From an uncultured Candidatus Saccharibacteria bacterium (GTDB taxonomy: Bacteria; Patescibacteriota; Dojkabacteria; GCA-002793355): a DNA stretch of 64,000 nt. The stretch covers positions 150,360 through 214,359 of the forward strand of contig CAZGEO010000001.1 of the NCBI GenBank assembly GCA_964525295.1. Reading direction: 5' to 3'. Position numbers and translations under genes: made by a program. Under the pieces are notes generated by a model, which was not told the origin of the DNA, did no database searches, and worked only from the letters and a program-made list of their open reading frames with translations. Positions 29,215 to 38,322 of this stretch are shown one piece after another (position 1 is the stretch's first letter; every line of letters begins with the position of its first letter).

Positions 29215-30477
29215 ATGAAAATTACAAAAATAAAAGCCTATGAAATTCTTGCCTCAGGCGGTTACCCAACTGTCGAAGCAGAGGTCACTCTAGAAAACGG
29301 ATTTGTTGGTGTTGCCTCAGTTCCTTACGGTGCATCGGCGGGTTCACATGAAGCCACAGTACTAAATGATGGTGATGAAACTCGCTACGGTGGAAAAGGT
29401 GTTCTTAAGGCGATCGCAAACATTGAAAATGAAATTGCACCAGCAGTTATCGGAATGGATGCAACTGATCAAAGAGCACTCGACCAAAAAATGATTGAAC
29501 TTGATGGAACCCCCAATAAGGCACGACTCGGTGGCAATGCAATTCTTGCAGTTTCACTTGCTGCTGCGCGGGCAGTTGCGAATGCGACGGGAAAGCAACT
29601 ATATCGTCATATTATCGACACTTACAATACACAAGTTGATCTAGCCAAGCTACCAAACCCTATGGTTGTCGTTATTGAAGGTGGAAAGCACGCAGATGAA
29701 ACGACCGATCTCCAAGAATTCTGTATTACCGCAATTGGAGAGGGTAGTGTTAAAGAAAATGTTCGCAAAGCGATGGAAGCATATCATGCGCTCCGAGGAA
29801 TCTTGAAAGAGAATAAGCTCTCAACTAACGTTGGTAACGAAGGAGCATTCGCACCAAACGGTATTCCTACAAATGAATCACCCTTCCAATACATTGTAGA
29901 TGCAATTACGAAAGCTGGTTACGTTCCAGGTAAAGATCTTGGAATTTCAATCGACGCAGCAGCAAGTGAATTCTATGAAGACGGCAAATACGTACTCGCA
30001 GTAGAGAATCGCTCGTTGACTGCAGCTGAACTTATCGCTTATTACGAGACTTGGTTGCAAAAGTACCCGATTGTAACCTACGAAGATATGCTTCAAGAAG
30101 ATGATTGGGCAAACTGGGTCGAAATGAAAAAAGTAACTGACAAGTATAATGTTCCTCATATTGGCGATGATCTTACCGTTACAAACGTAGAACGACTACA
30201 AAAAGCAATCGATCTAAATGCGATTTCGGCGATTCTTATCAAGCTCAACCAAATTGGAACTCTTACTGAAACTGTCGATTGTTGCATGCTTGCTAACAAA
30301 CACGGATTAATGACAACGACCTCACACCGAGGTGGTGGAGAAACAAACGACACCGCAATGATCGATGTCGCAGTTGCAGTTGGCAGTAAGTTCGTTAAGG
30401 TTGGACCAACCCGCGGCGAACGAGTCAGCAAGTACAACAGATTGATGGAAATTGAAAGAGACGTTATCGGTAATTAA
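29215..30477 (+). CDS. eno: Enolase (phosphopyruvate hydratase).
   Basis: ILASGGYPTVEAEV. GASAGSHEA. SHRGGGETNDT and KVGPTRGERVSKYNRLMEIE signatures. Length 420 aa. Confidence 0.95.
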   Translation: MKITKIKAYEILASGGYPTVEAEVTLENGFVGVASVPYGASAGSHEATVLNDGDETRYGGKGVLKAIANIENEIAPAVIGMDATDQRALDQKMIELDGTPNKARLGGNAILAVSLAAARAVANATGKQLYRHIIDTYNTQVDLAKLPNPMVVVIEGGKHADETTDLQEFCITAIGEGSVKENVRKAMEAYHALRGILKENKLSTNVGNEGAFAPNGIPTNESPFQYIVDAITKAGYVPGKDLGISIDAAASEFYEDGKYVLAVENRSLTAAELIAYYETWLQKYPIVTYEDMLQEDDWANWVEMKKVTDKYNVPHIGDDLTVTNVERLQKAIDLNAISAILIKLNQIGTLTETVDCCMLANKHGLMTTTSHRGGGETNDTAMIDVAVAVGSKFVKVGPTRGERVSKYNRLMEIERDVIGN

Positions 30478-30623
30478 CAATTTTCAATTAGGAATTGTCA
30501 ATTAGTAGGTCGCACGATGTTTTTGTGTTTCACAAGAAAAATTATTGAAAAAACATTCTCTTAATTACGGCGATTTTGTCGGCGAAGAAACACTCTCTCA
30601 AAATGTGAAACGTATCTATTCAC

Positions 30624-31199
30624 TTATTCCACGAAATCTACAAGAAGTGTTTGCCAGCCTCGTTTGTTAGCAGCTTCGATATTTACGATCGTGTCATCAA
30701 CAAAGAGGATATCTGAACCACAATATCCGCAAGCTTTTTCAGCAATTTCGTAAATTTCAGGCTCAGGTTTAACATACCCAACTGAAGAAGAGTCGAGAAT
30801 TGTTGCGTACTCATATTTGGGAACCAAACCTTGATTAAATGCATGATCAAGCAAAGTTTCCCACGCATTTGTAAATAAGCCAGCAGGTGCTTTTTGAGAT
30901 AACTCAGCAAACAATTGATGACCTTGATTCATCACAGAAGCTCCTGCATTCCATTCAATCGTATAATTAATAGTCTCATCATATATGCCACCGGCTGAAA
31001 CAATAAGCTTCCGCCAGAATTCTTCTAATGAAATTCTCCCTGAACAACCTTCTAAAACATGCGTTTTCATTGCATTGCCAACGCGCGCTGAATCAAGAGA
31101 GAATTTCTCTGCAAAAACTATGTGATTTCTTCGATGGTTAAGTAAAACGCCACCAATATCAAAATAAACGAACTTCGGTTCGGTACTAAGCTGTAACAT
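30624..31199 (-). CDS. HAD-superfamily hydrolase, subfamily IA-like.
   Basis: Motif I FVYFDIGGVLL (DxGGVL). Downstream Lys and Asp motifs (FVDDTIVN). Confidence 0.6.
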   Translation of the reverse strand: MLQLSTEPKFVYFDIGGVLLNHRRNHIVFAEKFSLDSARVGNAMKTHVLEGCSGRISLEEFWRKLIVSAGGIYDETINYTIEWNAGASVMNQGHQLFAELSQKAPAGLFTNAWETLLDHAFNQGLVPKYEYATILDSSSVGYVKPEPEIYEIAEKACGYCGSDILFVDDTIVNIEAANKRGWQTLLVDFVE

Positions 31200-31239
31200 A
31201 TCGTAAGTTATACCTTTCTAACGTGATTTCCGCAAGATA

Positions 31240-31268
31240 TTGCGAAAAGTTTCCCCATCGTCTATAAT
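31240..31268 (+). promoter_or_regulatory. Sigma70-like promoter for the tRNA gene.
   Basis: -35 TTGCGA at 31240-31245. 17-nt spacer. -10 TATAAT at 31263-31268. tRNA 5' end 10 nt downstream. Confidence 0.5.
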
Positions 31269-31278
31269 ACTGAACAAT

Positions 31279-31350
31279 CCAGAGGTAGCTCAGTGGTAGA
31301 GCCGGAGACTGTAAATCTCTTGGTCGGGGGTTCAAATCCCTCCCTCTGGA
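31279..31350 (+). tRNA. tRNA-Tyr (anticodon GUA), 72 nt, class I with a short 5-nt variable loop. C1:G72, A73, no encoded CCA.
   Basis: Manual fold. Acceptor CCAGAGG/CCTCTGG. U8. D-stem GCTC/GAGC with GG in the loop. Anticodon stem GGAGA/TCTCT. Loop CU-GUA-AA with U33 and A37. T-arm GGGGG-TTCAAAT-CCCTC. A T-run follows. Confidence 0.8.
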
Positions 31351-31363
31351 TTTTTTTATTACC

Positions 31364-32236
31364 CTACAATAACTGATGCGCTCGCACAATTGCTCGCGCT
31401 GTATCAATATCATCAAATTCTGGCGGCTCGCGACGTAAACTTTGCGCTAGCATAGAGATAGTTTCAGTGTATTCACGCATAAATTCCTGCTTCCCCATTT
31501 CATAAAGAACATAATCAAGGTGATTAAGTTTTCGTAATTCTGTAATTGTTTCCTCATCAAAATCCGTTATTTGAGGCCTACCCGAAAAAGTCATTTCTCG
31601 TTTGTTATCAACACGTGGAGTTAACCCAGTCTTAAACGCAAGCAGTAAACACGATTGTTCAAAGTATTCTTGAATGCCGACAAAATCTAATGTTTTGAGG
31701 TGCTTTACGGCATTCCCTAAAAGTTCTGATTCTGGCATTTTTCCCGCATGCTTACTCAAAATGTGATGAATTGCCGAAGAAGATTCCAATTCTTCAGAAG
31801 TTGTATTCTGTAAGATATCAATATCGATACCAACAAATCGAGCTTGCGCGTTCCAATAATGGGTTCTAACACTCTCAACTTGAAGCATCTTTTTCAAATC
31901 ACCATTTTCTATTGACTTATACTCTCTGTTGGCGACTGTATGAACCAAATATGGGTCGACGAGAGCATGGTGATGTTGCGAGATAACCCTCTCAACTGGG
32001 TCGCGAAGAAAGGTTAATGTAAAAGCATCTTGTGGCAAAAATCTGCGCAGACTATACCCGAAATGTCCACGATAAAATCGATACTTATTCCAGGGCATGG
32101 GAGAATGTTTAACAATATCATACCAAAAATGACCGGGAAAAATTTCTTCTTCGGTAAAGAATTTTGAAAAGTAACCAGTAAAGGAAGTTCCCGCAGTTTT
32201 GGGAATGTGTAAGAAATAGTACGTGCGGTCTTTCAT
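31364..32236 (-). CDS. Sulfotransferase-family protein.
   Basis: 5'-PSB-like motif FLHIPKTAGTSF (PKTGGTS). 3'-PB-like FLRDPVERVISQ. Length 290 aa. Confidence 0.6.
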   Translation of the reverse strand: MKDRTYYFLHIPKTAGTSFTGYFSKFFTEEEIFPGHFWYDIVKHSPMPWNKYRFYRGHFGYSLRRFLPQDAFTLTFLRDPVERVISQHHHALVDPYLVHTVANREYKSIENGDLKKMLQVESVRTHYWNAQARFVGIDIDILQNTTSEELESSSAIHHILSKHAGKMPESELLGNAVKHLKTLDFVGIQEYFEQSCLLLAFKTGLTPRVDNKREMTFSGRPQITDFDEETITELRKLNHLDYVLYEMGKQEFMREYTETISMLAQSLRREPPEFDDIDTARAIVRAHQLL

Positions 32237-32377
32237 TGCGACATTGTACGAACTGAAATGACGTTGGTCAAATTCGCGGATTTACTTTCACCCACGTCTT
32301 CACTAACATGGTACTCTCGCTCAAAAAATTAACATCCCTGGCATTACGCTTTGCAATGAATACCTGCGAATAATTGA

Positions 32378-33361
32378 GTGACGGTAACATTACTTACTGT
32401 ATTTATGTATAATAAGGTAATGAGAAATCCTTTAACAATAATCAAAGAAAAAATTCAGAAATTAGATTCAATTGAGAAAAAGGTCGATAAACTTCTCGCA
32501 AATAGATCCGAGAACAGAAGAGGTCCAGAACAACCTGCAGAGATACTCCAACAAGAATTACAAAAAAAACAAAAACTTTTGAAATCTTCACTCTGCAAAG
32601 AACTCGATTTTCACCAACCATGGTATGCAAAATGGTGCGCTGAAATTAATCAGAAACCTGCATTCCATCGTAAACAATGGGAATTCGCATATATTTTGCA
32701 GGCTTTACATGAACGAGGCATGCTTCAAGAAGGGAAAAAAGGATTAGGTTTTGCTGTTGGCTCCGAACAATTGCCAGCATTATTTGCGAAATACAAAATG
32801 ACCATTTTAGCGACAGATTTAGATCCAGAGCAAGGTGCAGAAAAAGGTTGGACCACCGGAGATCAACTCTGTTACGGGGTTGAGTCATTTGCCAAACATG
32901 GCATTGCGTCACTCGAGACATTGCAAAAATACGTAACCTACCGTGCTGTTGATATGAATAACATTCCTGATGATCTAAAAGATTTTGATTTCACCTGGTC
33001 AGCCTGTGCATTCGAGCACCTTGGTTCAATCGAAAATGGCTTAAAATTTGTTGAGAATCAGATGAAAACATTGAAACCTGGTGGCTATGCAATTCATTCC
33101 TCCGAATACAACATCAGTTCAAATGACGATACCGTTGAAAATGAAAATCTCGTTTTGTTTAGACAACGTGATTATCAAGAACTTGCAGAAAGACTACGTA
33201 AACAAGGTCACTTTGTAGAAGAATTAGATTTTTCTCTTGGTTGGTTACCAACAGATTATTTTGTTGATGTGCCCCCATATTTGCAAGACAAACATCTTAG
33301 GTTACAGATCGATCGATTCGTAACTAGCTCATTTTGCTTAATTATTCGAAAGAAACTGTAG
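32378..33361 (+). CDS. Putative SAM-dependent methyltransferase with an N-terminal coiled-coil. May modify a glycan.
   Basis: N-terminal heptad-like KEKIQKLDSIEKKVDKLL...QQELQKKQKLLK. Then a motif-I-like KGLGFAVGSE and acidic ILATDLD. The family call is tentative. Confidence 0.4.
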   Translation: MTVTLLTVFMYNKVMRNPLTIIKEKIQKLDSIEKKVDKLLANRSENRRGPEQPAEILQQELQKKQKLLKSSLCKELDFHQPWYAKWCAEINQKPAFHRKQWEFAYILQALHERGMLQEGKKGLGFAVGSEQLPALFAKYKMTILATDLDPEQGAEKGWTTGDQLCYGVESFAKHGIASLETLQKYVTYRAVDMNNIPDDLKDFDFTWSACAFEHLGSIENGLKFVENQMKTLKPGGYAIHSSEYNISSNDDTVENENLVLFRQRDYQELAERLRKQGHFVEELDFSLGWLPTDYFVDVPPYLQDKHLRLQIDRFVTSSFCLIIRKKL

Positions 33362-33368
33362 TACAATA

Positions 33369-34139
33369 GTGAATATGACCAGTAACTATTTCGACTTGCT
33401 AAGAGAATTTTTCGTTACTGATTTCAAATTACGTTATAAACACTCATATTTGGGATTCTTGTGGGTTGTCATGAAACCACTTTCACAGTACGCAATTCTT
33501 TACATCATTTGGACCTCATTGTTCGGAAGAACTGCTGACTTTGCGTCATATCTTTTAATCGGAATTTTATCTCTTTCTTATTTTTCAGAAGGAGTTGTTT
33601 TTGGTATGCAGGCACTTCAAAACAAGGCGCATATTATATTAAAAGTTCGTTTCCCTCGAGAAGTGGTGGTTTTAAGTTCAGTTATGATCGCAACCGTTAA
33701 TTATCTCATCAATTTAGGAATTTACTTTCTATTCAGGATCGTGTCACAACAACCACTTTTCGCCGGTAATTGGCTATTATTTGTGCTCGGATTCATTCTT
33801 CTTACGCTTTTCTTGTTTGGGCTTGCCTTCTTTACTAGCATAATCAGCGTTAAATATCACGATATCCGTCATTTAATCGAGTTGTTATTACAACTCATGT
33901 TCTGGGCTACGCCAATTTTTTATAGTTTGTCGCAACTTCCTAAAAAACTAGCAGCCATTTTAAGCAATTTTAATCCATTAGTTTCAATATTAACCCTGCT
34001 TCGAGGAGGCTTGTTGGCTGACGCAGATCCGGTAAATTGGCAAACAATTGCATTTATGACCTTGTTTATCCTTTTTATCACAATTACTGGCTATTGGTCG
34101 TTCAAGAAACGTTTACCTAAAATCGCAGAATTCTTTTAA
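33369..34139 (+). CDS. ABC-2 type polysaccharide/teichoic-acid exporter permease (Wzm/TagG-like).
   Basis: 256 aa with six TM helices. N-terminal FVTDFKLRYKHSYLGFLWVVMKP is typical of Wzm/KpsM/TagG. Directly followed by the ATPase gene. Confidence 0.8.
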   Translation: MNMTSNYFDLLREFFVTDFKLRYKHSYLGFLWVVMKPLSQYAILYIIWTSLFGRTADFASYLLIGILSLSYFSEGVVFGMQALQNKAHIILKVRFPREVVVLSSVMIATVNYLINLGIYFLFRIVSQQPLFAGNWLLFVLGFILLTLFLFGLAFFTSIISVKYHDIRHLIELLLQLMFWATPIFYSLSQLPKKLAAILSNFNPLVSILTLLRGGLLADADPVNWQTIAFMTLFILFITITGYWSFKKRLPKIAEFF

Positions 34140-34140
34140 C

Positions 34141-34881
34141 ATGGACGCAATAACAGTAAACTCGCTGACGAAATCATTCACAATTCCTCATGAGCGAAAA
34201 AACTCACTCGTAGAAATGCTGACCAAATCATTTCAAAAAGTTCCCGTCGATAAACTTGAAGTACTTAAAAACATTTCATTTACCGTTAAAAAGGGTGAAA
34301 CATTAGGAATAATTGGCACGAATGGAGCAGGTAAATCAACTTTACTAAAACTCATCGCAGGTATTTACACACCAGATGCTGGGACCATAGCTCTTGGAGG
34401 TAAATTGGTACCATTTCTTGAACTTGGTGTAGGATTCAACCCAGAACTAACTGGAAGAGAAAACGTGTTTTTAAACGGCATTATTCTTGGAATGTCGCGT
34501 TCTTTTCTAAAACAGAAATTCGACGAGATTGTTTCATTTTCTGAGCTTGAGAGATTCATCGATTTACCACTGAAAAACTATTCTTCTGGTATGCAAGTTC
34601 GACTCGCGTTTTCAATAGCATTCATGGCAGAAGCAGATATTTATTTACTTGATGAAGTTTTTTCTGTTGGAGATATGGCATTTCAAGAGAAGAGCAAAAC
34701 AATTTTTAAGCATCTTAAAGAAGAAGGTAAAACACTTGTATTAGTTTCACATTCACTCCCAACGATGAGTGAAAATGCCGATCGTTTGTTGCTTTTACAC
34801 CAAGGTAAGGTGCAACTATTTGATTCAGTTGCCGCTGGAATCGAAAAATACGAACAACTGGTTAAACAAAACAGCAATTAA
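34141..34881 (+). CDS. ABC transporter ATP-binding protein (Wzt/TagH-like), with no extra C-terminal domain.
   Basis: Walker A GTNGAGKST. ABC signature LSSGMQVRLAFSIA. Walker B YLLDEVFSVGD. H-loop VSHS. Start is 2 nt after the permease stop. Confidence 0.85.
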   Translation: MDAITVNSLTKSFTIPHERKNSLVEMLTKSFQKVPVDKLEVLKNISFTVKKGETLGIIGTNGAGKSTLLKLIAGIYTPDAGTIALGGKLVPFLELGVGFNPELTGRENVFLNGIILGMSRSFLKQKFDEIVSFSELERFIDLPLKNYSSGMQVRLAFSIAFMAEADIYLLDEVFSVGDMAFQEKSKTIFKHLKEEGKTLVLVSHSLPTMSENADRLLLLHQGKVQLFDSVAAGIEKYEQLVKQNSN

Positions 34882-34888
34882 CAAAGAC

Positions 34889-36208
34889 TTACAATTTCGC
34901 AAGACCTGCTTTTATCTTTTCATACATAACTTGTTCTGTGTATTTCTTCGACTGCTCAGTACCTTTGCGGATAAGGTCAACGCGCAATTGAGGATCTTTC
35001 AAAATCTTCAATAATTTTTGTGAAATTTCACCAACAGAGTAGGGGTTATCAATTTTTAGAACGGCCTCTCCGGCTACTTCTGCCAAAGCTCCACGTACAC
35101 TCGAAACAGCAGGGCACCCCAATGCAAAAGCTTCTAAGACAGGTAAGCCAAATCCTTCATATAGTGTCGGATTTACTAATGCAATCGCATGTTTTAGCAA
35201 AGTATATTTATCGTGCTCATTCGCATACCCCGTAAAGATAATTCTTTTCTGAATATGTTTTGGAGCTTTCTCTACCTCTTTGAAAATATCCTTAAATGCA
35301 TAAGTTTTATTACCAATGATAACTAGATTTGCGGTTGTCTTGTCGGCAATTGCAATAAATGCCTGAATTAATCGGTGTACATTTTTGCGTCTTTCAACAG
35401 AAGATATAAAAATAATAAATTCTTTACCTACAAGATCATTTTGAATGAGTACCGGGGAATCTGTTTCATAGAGTGGACGTTCATAATCAAATGCTGAAAT
35501 TGCAGCACCAATATTGTGAAGAAAGGTTGTTGGTTCAACTTCTTTGATTTTTGCTTCAGAGTCATCTGAAATTGTAAAAACTAAGTCAGAATTCCTTGTG
35601 ACATAATCAATTTGCTTCGCAAGTTTTGTCAACCAATTATTTTCGGGTGATTCTTCTGCAATTTCGAATGGAATCAAATCGTAAATAATCTGAATAGTTT
35701 TAACACCTTTAAGTTTCGGTACAACGACAGGAAAACTAAAGAAGACCGCATCAGGCTTAACTGTTTTGATAATTTTTTGTAAAGCGAATTTTCTAACAAT
35801 CTTTGGCAAAATTCCGATAAGGCGATAAAAATACGGCAAGTTAACTGCTGCATCAAAAAATGGCAGCAATGGAATACCAACAGATTTATCTTTATCAATT
35901 TTGGTTACAGGCGATTTTTGAAAGAAAAAGGCTTTCAAAAATCGCAACACTACGCGCCAGTTAGATTGCTTTGGGTCAACTTTGCGCGTCAATTCACCAC
36001 CGTTAACTAAATATTGGCGAATGTAAGTATTGTGAACTCTTTCAGCCATGCGTTCTGAGCCAACAGTTAGAGAAATTTTTGGATAACTTGTGAGAAGAAC
36101 AACTTCGTGCCCTTGATCGGCAAATGCTCTAACGACATGTTTCGTTACAAATTGCACACCACGATAGTTCAAATCTTCAAGTTCCGGCGCTACTACGAGT
36201 ATCTTCAT
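34889..36208 (-). CDS. Glycosyltransferase family 1 (GT4-type, retaining).
   Basis: C-terminal EGFGLPVLEAFALGCPAVSS carries the E-x7-E/GT1 signature. N-terminal KILVVAPE with Gly-rich loop. Length 439 aa. Confidence 0.85.
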   Translation of the reverse strand: MKILVVAPELEDLNYRGVQFVTKHVVRAFADQGHEVVLLTSYPKISLTVGSERMAERVHNTYIRQYLVNGGELTRKVDPKQSNWRVVLRFLKAFFFQKSPVTKIDKDKSVGIPLLPFFDAAVNLPYFYRLIGILPKIVRKFALQKIIKTVKPDAVFFSFPVVVPKLKGVKTIQIIYDLIPFEIAEESPENNWLTKLAKQIDYVTRNSDLVFTISDDSEAKIKEVEPTTFLHNIGAAISAFDYERPLYETDSPVLIQNDLVGKEFIIFISSVERRKNVHRLIQAFIAIADKTTANLVIIGNKTYAFKDIFKEVEKAPKHIQKRIIFTGYANEHDKYTLLKHAIALVNPTLYEGFGLPVLEAFALGCPAVSSVRGALAEVAGEAVLKIDNPYSVGEISQKLLKILKDPQLRVDLIRKGTEQSKKYTEQVMYEKIKAGLAKL

Positions 36209-36293
36209 ACCCGATTTTACTCAATGATATCCTGTAATGCAAATTTTTCAATCTTTTACTGAAAAAACCGAACAAAATCTGCTATAGTAACTT

Positions 36294-36545
36294 ATGAACA
36301 AAATCAAGAATGTTTTACAGAAGATGGGTGTCACATACTTTTCGGCACGAGAAAATTTCAAAAAGCGATATCCTCTCATAAATACCATTTTAATATTGTT
36401 CGCAATGGTTATGCTTTGGCGCGGAATCTGGGGGGTACTAGATCTCTACCTATTTCCTGAGAATCAACTACTCAGCTATGTTGCCAGCATTGGTATTGCA
36501 CTCTTCATCATTCTTTTCGATGATTTCAAACTAACAGAAGTCTAA
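36294..36545 (+). CDS. Small hypothetical membrane protein of 83 aa.
   Basis: Two hydrophobic helices. Short ORF. Confidence 0.3.
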   Translation: MNKIKNVLQKMGVTYFSARENFKKRYPLINTILILFAMVMLWRGIWGVLDLYLFPENQLLSYVASIGIALFIILFDDFKLTEV

Positions 36546-36593
36546 AAAAGAGCCCAGTTTGACAGATGCGCGTATTAATGCGATAATACACTC

Positions 36594-36896
36594 ATGAACA
36601 CTAATTGGCGAACCAATGAATTAACCCAGCTTGCTGAAGCAATTGCTGTTTGTTCGACAATAGATGAAGTAGAGTCTTTTCTACGTGATTTACTCACCGA
36701 AGCAGAAATTAAAGAATTTGCAGGTAGATTAGCGGTTGCTAAAGCGTTGGCATCAGGAATCAGCCAAAGAACGGCTTCAAAGCAAACCGGTGTAAGTATC
36801 GCAACGGTCACCAGAGTCAATAAGTGGTTAACCAATGGCGCATCCGGGTACAAAAACGTTATCAACAAGATTTTCCATCATCATCATAAGGCGTAG
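36594..36896 (+). CDS. TrpR-like YerC/YecD-family DNA-binding protein ending in a His4 run (..FHHHHKA).
   Basis: RDLLTEAEIKEFAGRLAVAKAL...SQRTASKQTGVSIATVTRVNKWL matches the YerC/YecD Trp-repressor-like fold. Codons CAT x4 at 36876-36887. Confidence 0.65.
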   Translation: MNTNWRTNELTQLAEAIAVCSTIDEVESFLRDLLTEAEIKEFAGRLAVAKALASGISQRTASKQTGVSIATVTRVNKWLTNGASGYKNVINKIFHHHHKA

Positions 36897-36987
36897 TTTT
36901 TCGCTTTGTGATTTCATATTTTCCAAAAAAATAAAGGTAAGTAAGAAGAGACAAGGCGAAAAGCCTGATTTTTTTATAAATAAATTA

Positions 36988-36993
36988 TATAAT
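36988..36993 (+). promoter_or_regulatory. -10 element (TATAAT) about 10 nt upstream of the hisS ATG, so a leaderless or very short leader.
   Basis: TTATATAATACACGAATT-ATG. No Shine-Dalgarno between the box and the start. Confidence 0.4.
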
Positions 36994-37002
36994 ACACGAA
37001 TT

Positions 37003-38322
37003 ATGAATCAAAACTTCCTTTCAACGCAGCCTTATAAAGGTGCTCGAGATTTCTATCCAGAAGATATGCGTTTACGTAATTACATATTTAATACCTGGAA
37101 AAAAGTCTGTACCCGCTATGGATTCGAAGAATATGATTTCCCGATTCTTGAAAATTTCGAAGTTTTCGCCTCAAAATCTGGGGAAGAAATTGTGAATACG
37201 CAACTTTTCTCATTTGAAGATAGAGGTGGCAGAAAAGTTGCGATTCGCCCAGAACTTACGCCAAGTACCGTTCGCATGATTGCAGCTCGCATCAATGATT
37301 TACCAAAACCAATCAAATGGTTCATGATTGGTAACAACTGGCGTTTTGAAAAACCTCAAAAAGGGCGTGGCCGCGAATTTTATCAACTGGAGATGAACAT
37401 TTTTGGTGTTCCTGAAGTTGAAGCAGATTTTGAAATCTTTTCAGCAATTGTAGATATCATGTCGGCCTTTGGCGCGAATGAAACGATGTACAAAGTAAAG
37501 TACAGCGATCGCAGAATTATTTCGGCATTATTGCGTGATTACCTAAAGCTCGACGATGAAAAACAGGTTGCCGCCCGCAGAATTATGGATAAGCGCCAAA
37601 AAGTTTCGAAAGAAGATTTTGTCACAATGCTTGCAGAAGTTAACATTTCAGCAGGTGATGCAGAAAAAATCGATGCCTTTATGCTCAGTTCCTTTGCTGA
37701 TTTAAAGGGTGTCATTCCAGCAGAAATTCTTGAAAATAATGAGGGCTACAAGAATGTATTTGCTTTAGAAAAACTCTTGCAAACCTACGATATTCAAAAA
37801 TATTGCGAATTTGATCCGGGTATTATCAGAGGTTTCGATTATAGCGATGGATTAGTGTACGAAGTATTTGATAAGAATCCAGAAAACAGGCGTTCAATGT
37901 TCGGAGGAGAACGTTTTGACAGATTGATCAATGTTTATGGTAAATATGACATGGCTGCAACTGGCTTCGCCATGGGGGATATTACTTTGCAAGAATTCCT
38001 CAAAGGTTGGAATCTATTACCTGAATTTCCTAGTACAACCACGGTTCTTGTTACTCGTTTCGGTCAAGATGAAAAGTTTGAAGCATACAGCATAAAGACC
38101 GCCAAGAAACTGAGAGATGCTGGTATTACCGTTGACTTATACACCACACCTGATAAGCTCGAAAAACAATTGAAATATGCTGACAAGAAGGGAATACCTT
38201 ACGTCATCATTGCGGGTGAAGAAGAAATTACGAAAAGTACTGTCGTATTGAAGAATATGCGCAAAAAGGATCAAACAATAGTTCAACTTACTGACTTATG
38301 TGATGTAGTAAATGGCACCTAA
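37003..38322 (+). CDS. hisS: Histidyl-tRNA synthetase, class IIa.
   Basis: Motif 1/2 region FRFEKPQKGRGREFYQ matches RYERPQKGRYRQFHQ. Motif 3 region. C-terminal anticodon-binding domain (VLVTRFGQDE...YVIIAGEEE). Start taken at ATG 37003; the track ORF from 36835 is an upstream extension. Confidence 0.9.
   Translation: MNQNFLSTQPYKGARDFYPEDMRLRNYIFNTWKKVCTRYGFEEYDFPILENFEVFASKSGEEIVNTQLFSFEDRGGRKVAIRPELTPSTVRMIAARINDLPKPIKWFMIGNNWRFEKPQKGRGREFYQLEMNIFGVPEVEADFEIFSAIVDIMSAFGANETMYKVKYSDRRIISALLRDYLKLDDEKQVAARRIMDKRQKVSKEDFVTMLAEVNISAGDAEKIDAFMLSSFADLKGVIPAEILENNEGYKNVFALEKLLQTYDIQKYCEFDPGIIRGFDYSDGLVYEVFDKNPENRRSMFGGERFDRLINVYGKYDMAATGFAMGDITLQEFLKGWNLLPEFPSTTTVLVTRFGQDEKFEAYSIKTAKKLRDAGITVDLYTTPDKLEKQLKYADKKGIPYVIIAGEEEITKSTVVLKNMRKKDQTIVQLTDLCDVVNGT

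Noticed and set aside
30520-30560. Small palindrome TGTGTTTCACA as an eno terminator
   Set aside because: Only a 4-bp stem with no U-tract. Too weak to call.
31186-31416. 76-aa minus-strand ORF overlapping the tRNA
   Set aside because: Its sequence is the reverse complement of the tRNA-Tyr gene and promoter. It cannot be a gene.
37003-38322. HisZ (ATP phosphoribosyltransferase regulatory subunit) instead of HisRS
   Set aside because: The protein retains a C-terminal anticodon-binding-like domain and the HisRS motif-2 arginines. hisG and other his-biosynthesis genes are not nearby.
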